Origin: the human T2T-CHM13v2.0 reference genome, Homo sapiens
Assembly (NCBI RefSeq): GCF_009914755.1
Contig: NC_060929.1
Direction: 5' to 3' (one strand)
DNA: 64,000 bases
Shown one piece after another: positions 1 through 13,185 of the stretch (its first letter is position 1; each line of letters opens with the position of its first letter). Under the pieces are notes generated by a model. It was not told the DNA's origin, did no database searches, and was given only the letters and a program-made list of their open reading frames with translations. Made by a program: the position numbers and the translations under genes.

Positions 1-162
1 CTGTTCCCACCAGCCCAGGGCTGGCATTTGCAGAAAGAACGGATGGGCAGGTGAATGAGGGTACATTCATCCATTCATTCCCCCTGTGGGCCAGGCAGCT
101 GAGGTCCCTGCTCAGGTGGGGTCAGAGGAGGCCAAGGAAAATATTCAAATAAATACGAGGTT

Positions 163-479
163 GGCTGGCACTGTGGCTCACGCCTTAATCCCAGCACTCT
201 GGTAGGTCAAGGCGGGAAGACTGCTTGAGCCCAGGAGTTTGTGGCTGTAGTGCCCCATGATGGCACCTGTGAACAGCCACTGCACTCCAGCCTGGGCAAC
301 AGGGCAAGACTCCATCTCTACAAAAACCAGAAAATAAAAAATTAGCCGGGCATGGTGGCACATGCCTGTAGTCCCAGCTATTTGAGAGGCTGAGGTGGGA
401 GAACTGCCTGAGGCTGCAGGGAGCTGTGATCATGCCACTGCATCACAGCTTGGGTGACAGAGTGAGATCCTGTCTTAAA

Positions 480-480
<1 letters not shown>
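163..480 (+). mobile_element. Old Alu (J-type) with a FAM-like left arm, followed by (TA)n at about 481-506
   Basis: Alu dimer structure; the left arm retains the gtgaacagccactgcactccagc segment. Confidence 0.85.
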
Positions 481-511
<31 letters not shown>

Positions 512-637
512 GCAAATCAATTCTAGGCACCATGTCAGGAAGTGGAGAAGAGAAGAGGATGGCCTGGTGGTGAGGGACTGCAGGGAGGGCTTGTTTCAGC
601 AGGTGGCCAGGGAAGGTCTCCTGGAAGATGGGAGAGG

Positions 638-1466
<829 letters not shown>

Positions 1467-1550
1467 TTGGAGGAGGGTTTTGCTGAGACCTGAATGAGGT
1501 GAAGGAGGAGGCTGGCCCAGGAGAAGAGGCCGGGGAGGATAATGCTCATT

Positions 1551-1677
1551 CAGTGTTTTCAAGCTTGAGCTCACATCAGTGGCACCAGGGGCTGGTCAAA
1601 CAAACTCTGGCCCCATCCCAGAGTCTCTGATTCAGTGGGTCTGGTGGGCCCCAGGACCACACTTTGAGAACTAGTGC
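1551..1677. mobile_element. MER5A-like hAT-Charlie DNA transposon remnant
   Basis: cagtgttttcaagctt ... tctgattcagtgggtctgg ... ggaccacactttgagaactagtg, resembling the terminal inverted ends of MER5A. Confidence 0.7.
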
Positions 1678-1963
1678 CCCCCAGCCCTGAAGTGGGCAGG
1701 AATTTCATGTGTTCGAGGAAGGGAAAGAATGAGTGAGTGAATAAATGAATGAATGAAATGAATTCTGGCCTCAGGGAGAGCGAGGACAGGGCAGCCACCT
1801 GCAGTGAGGGCTCAGGGCTGGTGGAGAGAAGGCCGCCTTCCCTGTGGGTTGGCTCCCAGCCCATCCCGTCCCCATCCCCATCCCCATTCCGTCCCAGCCC
1901 CTGCCCTTCTCTCCAGCCACTTCCCAACACTGACCCGGAAGCTCCTCCATTGGCCCCTCTCAC

Positions 1964-1990
1964 CTTCTTTCCAGGTACTCCAGGCTCACC
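1964..1990 (-). CDS. COL23A1: COL23A1 exon (probably exon 12), 27 nt, GEPGVPGKK
   Basis: ttgcctcccccag|GGT GAG CCT GGA GTA CCT GGA AAG AAG|gtgaga. The gene continues beyond the left edge of the window. Confidence 0.95.
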
Positions 1991-2427
1991 CTGGGGGAGG
2001 CAATGGGGGGTTCAAGAGCAAGGTCAAAACCATAGGAGAGTGGCCCGGACCCCGGACCTCTTGTTCCTCGGGTAGAAGTGGCACTGATGACCCGTGCCCA
2101 GGGCCAGCCCAGAGACCCCTGAATGCTTCAGAGAGCTGCGGCGGACAGTCTTGAATTCCACTTCTGAGCCACTCACTCCCAAGCTCAATGACCCTGGGCA
2201 AGGCACTGTTCTTGAAAGTGGAGAGGTGACTCCTGCCGTCTCAGAGGGTTTTGGAGGATGAGGCGCTGGCTAAGCAAGCTCTTTCCCATCCTTCCTCCTC
2301 AGGCCAGAGGCTCCGTCTCCGTCAGCGAGGACCAGAGCCCGCCTCCCCACCCACACCCTCCCCAAAGAGGGCGAAAATGAAAGAGCTGGCATCTGCAGAG
2401 GCTGGACAAGCTAACATGGTGGGAAAC

Positions 2428-3372
<945 letters not shown>

Positions 3373-3373
3373 G

Positions 3374-3681
<308 letters not shown>

Positions 3682-3964
3682 GGAAAATCTATTTGAAACC
3701 AAAAGGCTAATGTGTTTTATGATTCAACCCTCGCAACTCAGTGTGAAAAAGGCAGGAAAGGTTTACTGTGCCTCCATTTAACAGATGACTAAACTGAGGC
3801 CCAGAGAGATGCAGTAACTTGCCCATGGTCCAGGAATTTGATCTCCTGACCCTGCTGCCTTGGCTTCACTAGGGGTGGGGGGAAGAGACAGGAAGTGGAG
3901 GTGGTGGTGGGGGAGTCCATCCCACCAGATCTGGGGAGGGGCATGGGGAATAAGGAGTACTCAC

Positions 3965-3991
3965 CTTGGGCCCTGGGGGTCCCTTTGGGCC
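3965..3991 (-). CDS. COL23A1: COL23A1 exon (probably exon 11), 27 nt, GPKGPPGPK
   Basis: ttctcttctcttgttccag|GGC CCA AAG GGA CCC CCA GGG CCC AAG|gtgagt. Confidence 0.95.
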
Positions 3992-4459
3992 CTGGAACAA
4001 GAGAAGAGAAGGTATTAAATGTCATACTGGAGGCTGCTCCTGGGCCTGTCCTTCTTAGCATCCTGGCTTTGTAAAAGGTGACACCAATCCCAGAGAGCAG
4101 GAGGCTGGGCTGCCGTCAGAAGCAGGCTGGAGCTGCCCACCCTGGGCCTGACTCCTCAAGCCTGGGACAGCTTCTGCATTAGGGCTCAGGTGGTGGCAAG
4201 TGGACCGCAGCCTCCGCACAGGAATGTGGAGCTACTGGAATCCCCCTGGCTGGTGCCTCACCCAGCCATTTCCCCAGGGTGGCTGGAGGGGCAGGTGCAC
4301 AGGGGTCCACACACATGCAGACACGTACATGCAGAGGCGCGCGCACACACATAAACATGTGCGCGTGACCCTGCTGTCGGCGTGTGTGGGAAAGGGGCTT
4401 CCAGGTCTGGGAACCATGATCCTAGCAGCCCAGGCCTCTGGAATGCCCTGGATACTGAC

Positions 4460-4495
4460 CATCTCGCCGTCTTGTCCGGGCTCTCCTTTGGGGCC
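4460..4495 (-). CDS. COL23A1: COL23A1 exon (probably exon 10), 36 nt, GPKGEPGQDGEM
   Basis: cacttccgcag|GGC CCC AAA GGA GAG CCC GGA CAA GAC GGC GAG ATG|gtcagt; the peptide is visible inside ORF 4232..4594(-). Confidence 0.95.
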
Positions 4496-4974
4496 CTGCG
4501 GAAGTGTGAGGGGACAGCAGTGAAGGATGCAGGATGTCACATTGAACTGAGCCCAAATCTCAGGCCAGACCCCGGGCTGGGGCTCTAAGTACATTATCTT
4601 ATCTCATTCTCGCCAAACCTGAAGAGCGAGTATCACTGTCCCCACTCCACAGATGAGAATGTTAGGCTGGGGAAGCCACTGGCCCGGTGTGACAAGTAAT
4701 GGATGAGCCAACTGAGCAGCTGTCCTGGGGGAATCTGGCAGCAGTTTGGTGGGGATCCATTTGACTGGGGGGGGACCCTGGTGGCAGTCTGGTGGTGGCA
4801 TGGGCTCCACAATGAAGGGAAGGACAGGCTGGGGATTCTGGGTTAGGGAAAGGGGTAGTAGGATGGGGCCTGGCCTCTAGACTTTGGAGACCCTGGGAGG
4901 AAAGCTGAGGCTGAGATACTATTGGGGAGCATGAGGGGAGGGGCTGATAAAGGTCTGCAGAGACAGTGTCCCCA

Positions 4975-5415
4975 GAAGGGTCTCAGGCTCAGGGTTGAGT
5001 CAGGATTGGGACTGGGATTGCAACTAAGGTCAGCTTAGGGTCTCTGGGTCTGTTTGAAGTTAGAGTTGGGTTGGGAGTCAGGGTCAGAGTCTGTAAGGTT
5101 CAGAGTTAGGGTCTGAATTGGGGGCGTAGACCAGGATTTGGGAATGAGTTAGAGGTCAAGGTCTTGATTGGGATCAGAGACCCAGTTAGTGTTAGATTTA
5201 AGGTTCGAATGGGATTAAGGGTCTGGGTTGAAGTTAGGGTTGGGTTTGGGTCTGGGGTCAGGGTCAGGATCTGAATTGGGGCTGGATCTTGGTTGGAGTT
5301 AAGTTTGGGCCCAGGTTCAGTGTCTGGATTAGGGTTAAGGATAGTGTGGGGTCTGCACTAGAGATGGGGATGGGGATGGGGCTGGCTCTGGAATCAGGAT
5401 TTGGGGTTTTGGTCA
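4975..5415 (+). repeat. Degenerate G-rich hexamer tract (GGGTTA/GGGTCA/GGGATT/GGGTCT)
   Basis: Roughly 6-bp periodicity; TTAGGG at 5035, 5106, 5234, 5329 and TCAGGG at 4989, 5078, 5258. Confidence 0.7.
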
Positions 5416-5450
5416 AGTCCTGCGTGGCCCAACTCCATGCCCTCTCTTAC

Positions 5451-5567
5451 CGCTGGGCCTTGTGCTCCCCTGGGGCCATCTTTCCCAGTGTCGCCAGGAG
5501 GGCCCCGGGCCCCAGGAGGTCCAGGGGGCCCCGGAGGCCCAGCAGCTCCATCTTGTCCTTGGTCTCC
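5451..5567 (-). CDS. COL23A1: COL23A1 exon (probably exon 9), 117 nt, GDQGQDGAAGPPGPPGPPGARGPPGDTGKDGPRGAQGPA
   Basis: atctctttcag|GGA GAC CAA ... GGC CCA GCG|gtaaga; 13 Gly-X-Y triplets. Confidence 0.96.
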
Positions 5568-5974
5568 CTGAAAGAGATGGGGCTTGGCATGACTCTGAGG
5601 GGGAGGGGGTCCAGCCTCCAGAGAGAGGCTCCCTCAGATGGGCAGCCCCACGCCATCCCCTTCCCCAGCCCTTGGGCAGGCTCAAAGGGGAGGGCTTTGT
5701 TATTGGGCCTCTTGCCACTTATTGGGAGCTGCATGAAGGAACAGGTCCCCATACCTTGGTGTAAGAGGCCCTACAGGACCCTTTACATGCCAAGGAATGT
5801 GCCAGCTCTCCAGCGCCTGAAGCCCAGATCCAGTGTTTAGGAGAGAGATGGCACACGCTGCATGTGGGAGACAGCACGTGTGTCCAGCTGCCCCCTCTTC
5901 TTTCTAGAACGGGGTCTGAGTGTCTCCTGAAGGACCTTCCTGGTTGGTCAACTCCCACTTCATTTAAGTATGGA

Positions 5975-6593
5975 GGGGCACTCTTGGGCATTTATCCTTG
6001 TTCACAGCTGCTTTATTAGTAACAGCCCCAAACTGGAAACTAATCCGAAAGTCCTTTGGTAGGTGGAAGGTTAAGGAGCTGGGGTACATCCACATCATGG
6101 AACACAACTCAGCAATCAACCCAAAGGAACAGGGCACGACACATGCAACACCTCAGATGCATCTCAGGAGAATTATGCTAAGTGGAAAAAGTCCATCTCC
6201 AAAGCTTAATACTGTGTGGCTGTATCTACGTAACACTCTTGAAATGGCAACATTGAAGAGATGGAGAGCCCATAATGGTTGCCAGGCGTTAGGGATGGGG
6301 GGATGAAGGTGATTGTAACTACAAAAGAACAGCATGAGGGACCTTTGTGGGCTTACACAAATCGACGGGTGTGTTAAAATTGCACAGAACACACAAACGA
6401 GTGTGTGTACAGGTGGGGGCATCTGAATAAGGTTGGTGGATTGTATCATTGTCAATTTCCTGTTGTGAGACTGTACTACAGAGATGCAAGATGTCACCAT
6501 TGGGGGAGACTGGATGAAGGGTACACAGGTGTTATTCACTACAATTACATGTAAATCTACAATTATCTCAAAATAAAAGTAAAAAAAAAAAAA
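5975..6593 (+). mobile_element. L1M (L1MD/MC-like) 3' end with A tail
   Basis: gccccaaactggaaac..., gatgtcaccattgggggagactgg, ending aattatctcaaaataaaag(A)n. Confidence 0.75.
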
Positions 6594-6877
6594 AGGATGA
6601 TGAAGGGCCACATGGTTTCTCTCATGCAGCAGTAAATCCCCAACTTTAGAACCTGATGTTAGTACTGGGGTCAGACCTCAGGCAGCCGGAGCCCCACCTC
6701 ATGGCCCAACCCGAGAGGAAGGGAGATCACTGTGACTGGCACCTACCCACTGCCCCAGCAGTGCCCACCCTACACTCGCACAGGGCAGAGCCACAGGAAT
6801 GGAGTACACCCAGGTCATGGTGCCAGTGGCTCCCAACCCTCTTGTAACAAAGAAAGGAAGACCTAGCACTGAGCTAG

Positions 6878-7187
<310 letters not shown>

Positions 7188-8250
7188 TGAAGATGATCTT
7201 ATTCAACCTTTGTGATGAGCCGGCCAGTTCACTGTTATTGTCCCATTTTACAGATGGAATGGCTGGGGTGGGGGATTATTTGCCCAGGGTTACAGAGCCA
7301 GGGAAGGCAGAGGCTCCTCTCACTGCCAAGGCACGTGGTCCCTTTGAGACACTTCTTTTCATCCACAGATGTTCCCTGATCTGATATAGCTCACCTCTCT
7401 AGCAAACTGCACTTAACACAAATTCACTTGCTTTCCCAATTAAAAAATCAGCAGAAGTTCTCAACACCCACCACTCAGGTCCTCCCCTCGGTCTGGCAGG
7501 GCCAGGGTCCTGATCAAAATATTACAGCTCCAGCGGAAAGGAAAGAAAACTGACAGTTTGGTTAGGTCACCAGGTATGGGTGGTGATGGTGGCGGGTGAT
7601 TCCTGTTTTAATTTGCACTGAAGCAGGAAGAATTTGAAGACACCCCCTTAGCTCCCTGCTGCTCCTTTTATAAAGGGCCTCAGGCTGGGAACTACTGGCC
7701 TAGACTCTACTTATTAAGGCAGAAAATGGGCCTGACACTGGAGCAGATCCTGGGAGAGGTTCTTAGGCTCTTTCCTGGCCAGCCTGCCTGCTCCTCCCTC
7801 AGGGATTGGATGGCTGAGGTCTAACCCTGCAAACGTGGGGTGAGTTGGGGGTAACACAGCAAGCCATCAGGTCCAGACCCCCACTCAGCCAGTCTACCTT
7901 GAGGATCCGGCGATTGTACAGGTGATGGTCTCTACTTATAAAGCCCGGATTGAGCCGTGGGAAAACCATCTAGTCAGCAGATAGGTTGTGTGGTCAGAAA
8001 GGCAGGAAGGTGATCTGAAGAACTACAAGGCTTTTTGAAACCTGGAGGCAAAGCCACTTAACCAAGCCCAGAGAAAGGCAGTTAGGTGATCAGGTGTGCA
8101 GACTCCTTCTCCAAGGATGGCTGCTTACCAGCTGAGCGCCCACCAGCATCCACGCCACCTGCGGCCATGTGACGGTGCCATCACCCAGGGCTCCCGGCCT
8201 GGCTGCCTGCAACCTCCCAAGAGAGCCTAACCCTTACCCAGGGGCCATGA

Positions 8251-8593
<343 letters not shown>

Positions 8594-9549
8594 TAAACTT
8601 TGTGTGTGCATGTGTGTGTGTGCGCATATGTGTGTGTGTGTTGGGGGGTGGTGTTCCCGATGACTGGGACACTGGGACCATAGGGAGGGTATCCACGAGG
8701 AGGGTTGGGGGATTGGGAGGAGATCCACTCTTCATGACCTCTGGGCCTCAGGACTTCTAGTCTGTTGAAGAGAGGGCATCCCCTTTTGGAATATCAGCTC
8801 CACACACCCACCAGGAAAGCAAGCAGAAGGATTTTTCTCAGCAGCTAAAACTCAGCATGAGCGCCCTTTCTTTGACTGCAGAACAATCTCACCAGCTTTA
8901 TGTGGCTGGCACAGAGCAGCTGTGTTCGTGCTCACAGCTCAGGGGCTTGGCCTGGCCAGCCCCCTTCCCTGCTCCTGCTCACAGCTCAGGGCCGCGGAGG
9001 TGCGGAGCAGGCGCCCGGCCAGCTCTGACCACAAGCTGCAGCCCCGCTCTCCGCACTGCGGCTCCCACTACCTTTTCTTTCCCATAACAACCTCTTGGGG
9101 TGGGGGCTGTTCCCCCATTCACAGTTGAAGAAACTGAGTCTCAGAGAGCAAAGTGACTTGTTCAGGGTCACTCAGCTGGCAGGTGGCAGAGCTGAGCTTT
9201 GAGCTCAGTTCTGCTGACCCCAGAGCCTTCCCTCTTTTTGGGGTGCCAGCTGTCCTCAGGACGCTGTCTCCAGTCTGGGGTCACGTGCCAGCCCCACTGT
9301 CCAGCATCCACAGTGGTAAGCATGGAGACCTGGCCGTCTTCCAGAGACACTCCACCTGCGCAAGAGGGGCAGCCCCACAACCCAGGTCCCTGGGGGCTTC
9401 CACCGGTGCTATGGGTGGGGAAGAGCCCTCTTGGCCTCTTTCTGTGATGAGCTGCGGGGAGCTGGGACCCAGAAGCAGCGCCAGTTATGCCTCATTATTA
9501 CACAAAACAAACCATGTGGGCAGTGAGGGAGGTCATGCCTGGTTCTTAC

Positions 9550-9576
9550 CCGGGGGCCAAAGTCTCCTGGTGCACC
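9550..9576 (-). CDS. COL23A1: COL23A1 exon (probably exon 8), 27 nt, GAPGDFGPR
   Basis: tcttttgttcccag|GGT GCA CCA GGA GAC TTT GGC CCC CGG|gtaaga. Confidence 0.95.
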
Positions 9577-10972
9577 CTGGGAACAAAAGACAGGGAGAGG
9601 CATCACCACTGCTTTCATCGTTTCTTCACATTTCCCGTCGGGCATCTGTGCCCAGTGCTTCATAGACATGGTATGACTTAATTCCAACAAAAATAGCAGG
9701 CAGGCCCTATTTTTATTTCCATTTCCAACGAGGAAGCAGACACAGTGAGGCCACTTAACCTGCTCAAGGTCACACAGCTAGCAGATCCAGGACTTGAAGG
9801 CAGGTAGGTGTCCCCTTATCTAGGGGGCAGCCCCAGCCATTCGAGGCCCCAGACATTGTGGAGCAGAGACAGCCCCTCCCACTGTGTCCTCTGGAAGGGA
9901 CGGTAATGAGTAAATGTTGCTTTACACGGCCAAGTTTTGGGGCAGTGCATTAAGCAGCAATAGACACCAAGACACCAGTTCTCTCTGGTTTCAAAGCCCC
10001 TGATGGAATCACTTCTATGACACGGTGGCATCAGCCAAGGCCGGCAGGAAGGTAATCAGGACACCTGCCAACTGCACTAGTCTCTTCATTGACAAGAACA
10101 TTGAGACCATGACCTCATGCAATCTCTCCTGTGGCTCCGTGAGATTGGTCTTAATTTACAGATGGGGAAACTGAGGCCCACACAGCCCGGCAACTTGGCC
10201 AAGGTCACACAGTTGGTGGTGGAGCTGGAATGCAAAGCCGAGCTTCTGAACACCAGCTCCCATGCCTCCCCACGGCTCCCGCAGCCCTGGTGGTTGGGCG
10301 GGAACCCTGCCTGCCTGGCCTGAGCTGCGGAATCACAGCAGGGCCCATCTGCAGATCTCACTTCCCATTTCCAAATTCCGGGTCGGGGGTGGACATGGTC
10401 CAGCTGTGGGAGCACCCGGCTGGCCCTGGCACACCTAGGCCTACTCTGGTCCCTCCCCTGATTTTACCGTGGGTAACACAGGTCTCTTCTGTCCCTTTCT
10501 GAGACACTTGGTCCCTGTTTTCTAGGGGGCTTTAGTGCCTGATACCAAGGAAGCCTTCCTCCCAAGGGGCCGCAGAGATAGCTGTCCGCCTTGTCTTCCT
10601 GATGGGTGTCCTCCCCACAGAGAATACCATTAACAGTCATGGTTCAATCCCCAAGCCCTCCTGGCACCCCCCTTCACCATGAAGTCCTCTGGACACTCGT
10701 CATTCTGGGAACACCGGGCCTCCGAGTTTGGTTATGCTTTGGTCCCAGGAGAACTCAAGACTCAACTCTCTGGGCAGGCCGTATTGTCAAATGTAAGCCT
10801 TGTAATCATTTTAGAAGGTAGGCACTGTGATTCCCACTCTACAGATGGGGAAACTGAGGCTCTAGGAGGGGCTGTGATGTGCTCAAGGGCACACTGGAAC
10901 TGGCGTTCGGAGGCAGGTTTCTGGGATTCTTCGCCTGCCTACCACATCTGCACAGCCTCTGGCATCACTTAC

Positions 10973-10999
10973 CTTTTCCCCTTTCGGGCCTGGAAGTCC
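10973..10999 (-). CDS. COL23A1: COL23A1 exon (probably exon 7), 27 nt, GLPGPKGEK
   Basis: ctttccttttccag|GGA CTT CCA GGC CCG AAA GGG GAA AAG|gtaagt. Confidence 0.95.
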
Positions 11000-11504
11000 C
11001 TGGAAAAGGAAAGTGGAGAAAGAACAGACCTGAGTGAGGGGCCTAGGCTGGCTCCCCTTCTGGCTTCCCTATACCTCTGAGGGCAGAAGGGCCCGTGATG
11101 CTGGGCGGCTGAGTGGAAAATTACACATGAGCTCTCAGCCCTCAATGAGAGCTGCCCTGGCTGGCCCAAGGAAGCTCCACATCTCAGTCCTCAGCATGAG
11201 GGATACGGGGGAATTGCGGGTGACCAGCAAGGGCCCACTGGCATCCTCGCAGCAGAGAAAGGGGCACATGCACTGGCCACTCCTCCCAGAGAGCACACAC
11301 GGTCAGTTCCCTACTGCTCAGCACCCGCCCTGTCATTGTCAGTGGGAGACCACTGCCCCCAAGCCATCTTTCTGGAATCTGAGAAGCAGGCAGTAGACAG
11401 AGATTCTCTCTCCATAGGCATTCTCTTCTTCTTTTTCCTTTCTTATTTCTTAAAAAAAAAAAAGCATTCTCTTCTTTAATGGTAGCAGCTCCTTGGAGTA
11501 TGGG

Positions 11505-12070
11505 TTCCATCTGTCCATCCCTGTATGAGTCATCCATCCATCCATCCATCCATCCATCCATCCATCCATCCATGTATCCATCCATCCATCCACCCACCCA
11601 TCCATCCAACCATCCATCCACCCGTCCATCCACCCACCCACCCATCCACCCATCCACCCATCCATCCACCCATCCACCCACCCATCCACCCACCCATCCA
11701 CCCATCCACCCATCCACCCACCCATCCACCCACCCATCTATCCACCCATCCATCATCCATCCATCCATCCATCCACCCACCCACTCATCCATCAATCCAT
11801 CCATCCATCCATCCATCCATCCATCCATCCATCCATTCATCCACCCATCCACTCACCAATCCATTCATCCATCCATCCACCCATTCATCCACTATCCATC
11901 CATCCACCCATTCCCCCACCAATCCATCCATCCATCCATCCACCCACCTACCCATCCACTATCCATCCAACCACCCACCAATCCATCCATCCATCTATCC
12001 AGTCAGCATCCATCCATCCATCCATCCATCCATCTATATATCTACCGACTCACCCATCCATCCATCCACC
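11505..12070 (+). repeat. (CCAT/CCAC)n tetranucleotide tract, about 560 bp
   Basis: Directly visible; it explains the HPSI and MDGW ORFs. Confidence 0.97.
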
Positions 12071-12547
12071 TCAAATTACTTATTTAATTGTGCTTATGTC
12101 TCCCTGCATGTTTTGCTCATCTGTTGAGGCTCCTGGCCCAGATGTTGAGAACTCAGCTTGATGCCCACCAGGGCAGTCTTGAGAACGTAGTGAGGACACT
12201 GTGCCTGTGCCTGCTGGGAGGTGCTCGCATGCTTTGAGGGCTGACTAGACCCCAGGGACTGTGCCGTCCACAGTTTTCCATAGGTCCACCCCTCCTATGA
12301 GAGAGGGGTTCATGTGCCCACTTGACAGACAAGAAGCCTCAGGCTTGGGAGGTTAAGGAGGCCTCCCTTGGTCACCGTCAGCAGGTAGTGGAGTTAGATT
12401 TGAACTCAAGTCTGACACCCAAAAGGCTTCTCTCTGTGCTGAACCAAGTTCCAGTGGCTGCTTCCCTCCAGTGCCTGCTGGTCACTCCTAGCCCCACGGT
12501 GGCAGCCCCAGCCCAGGACCCCCTGGAATTGCCCTGTCATCACTTAC

Positions 12548-12574
12548 GGGCTTGCCATCCAAACCCAGGGGTCC
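12548..12574 (-). CDS. COL23A1: COL23A1 exon (probably exon 6), 27 nt, GPLGLDGKP
   Basis: ctctctctcgttttccag|GGA CCC CTG GGT TTG GAT GGC AAG CCC|gtaagt. Confidence 0.95.
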
Positions 12575-12879
12575 CTGGAAAACGAGAGAGAGAGAACACA
12601 GGTTACACACGGGGATGACACTTCCTCCATGTCTTATGACCCAGGTGCACTATTCAGTGACAAGAAAACAAAGCCTGTGGGAGCCCCGCGTCTGGGTTCA
12701 GTCCATGTGGCCTGGGGCTGAGGGAGGGGAAGGCATCTGTGTGTTGTCTGCTGCCCAGAATCCCCTCCTCTGACAAGAGAGCCCAGTTCTTCTCTAAAGA
12801 CCACCCCCCATCTCAACCCATGGGGTCTGGGTGGGCTGCTGGGGTGGGCATGTGACCGCATTCCCTCCGCCAGGGTGAC

Positions 12880-13185
12880 GGGGTCAGCGATGAGCCTGGG
12901 ATCCAAGGCGAGCCATGAGCATCTTGCCTGGGACTTAATGGTGGGGCTTTAGAGGCTTTCTTCTGATGGGGCTAAGCCTGGAGCTCCCAGGGACCACCAC
13001 ATGGCTTGAGAATAAGCCAACAGGGAGGAAAGCAGAGCTGAGAGACAGAGAGAAAGACAGCGTCGAGGGCCTGAAGCTGAAACTACCCCTGCACACATCA
13101 GTTTGAGAGCTAATCAATACTTTTGTTTTGCCTTCACTAAGCCAGCTTGAATTGAGCTCCTGTCATTTGTAACTGGCAGAGTCTT
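12880..13185 (+). mobile_element. Old MaLR (MLT1K/L-like) LTR fragment
   Basis: aagccaacagggaggaaagcagagctgagaga and ctaagccagcttgaattgagctcctgtcatttgtaac resemble MLT1 3' sequence. Confidence 0.55.

Noticed and set aside
4975-5415. True interstitial telomere or fusion site
   Set aside because: No consecutive perfect TTAGGG units are present, so it was kept only as a degenerate hexamer tract.
11184-12127. Long MDGW and HPSI ORFs; YCAY (NOVA) cluster
   Set aside because: These are translations of (CCAT)n. The YCAY motifs lie on the strand opposite to the COL23A1 pre-mRNA.
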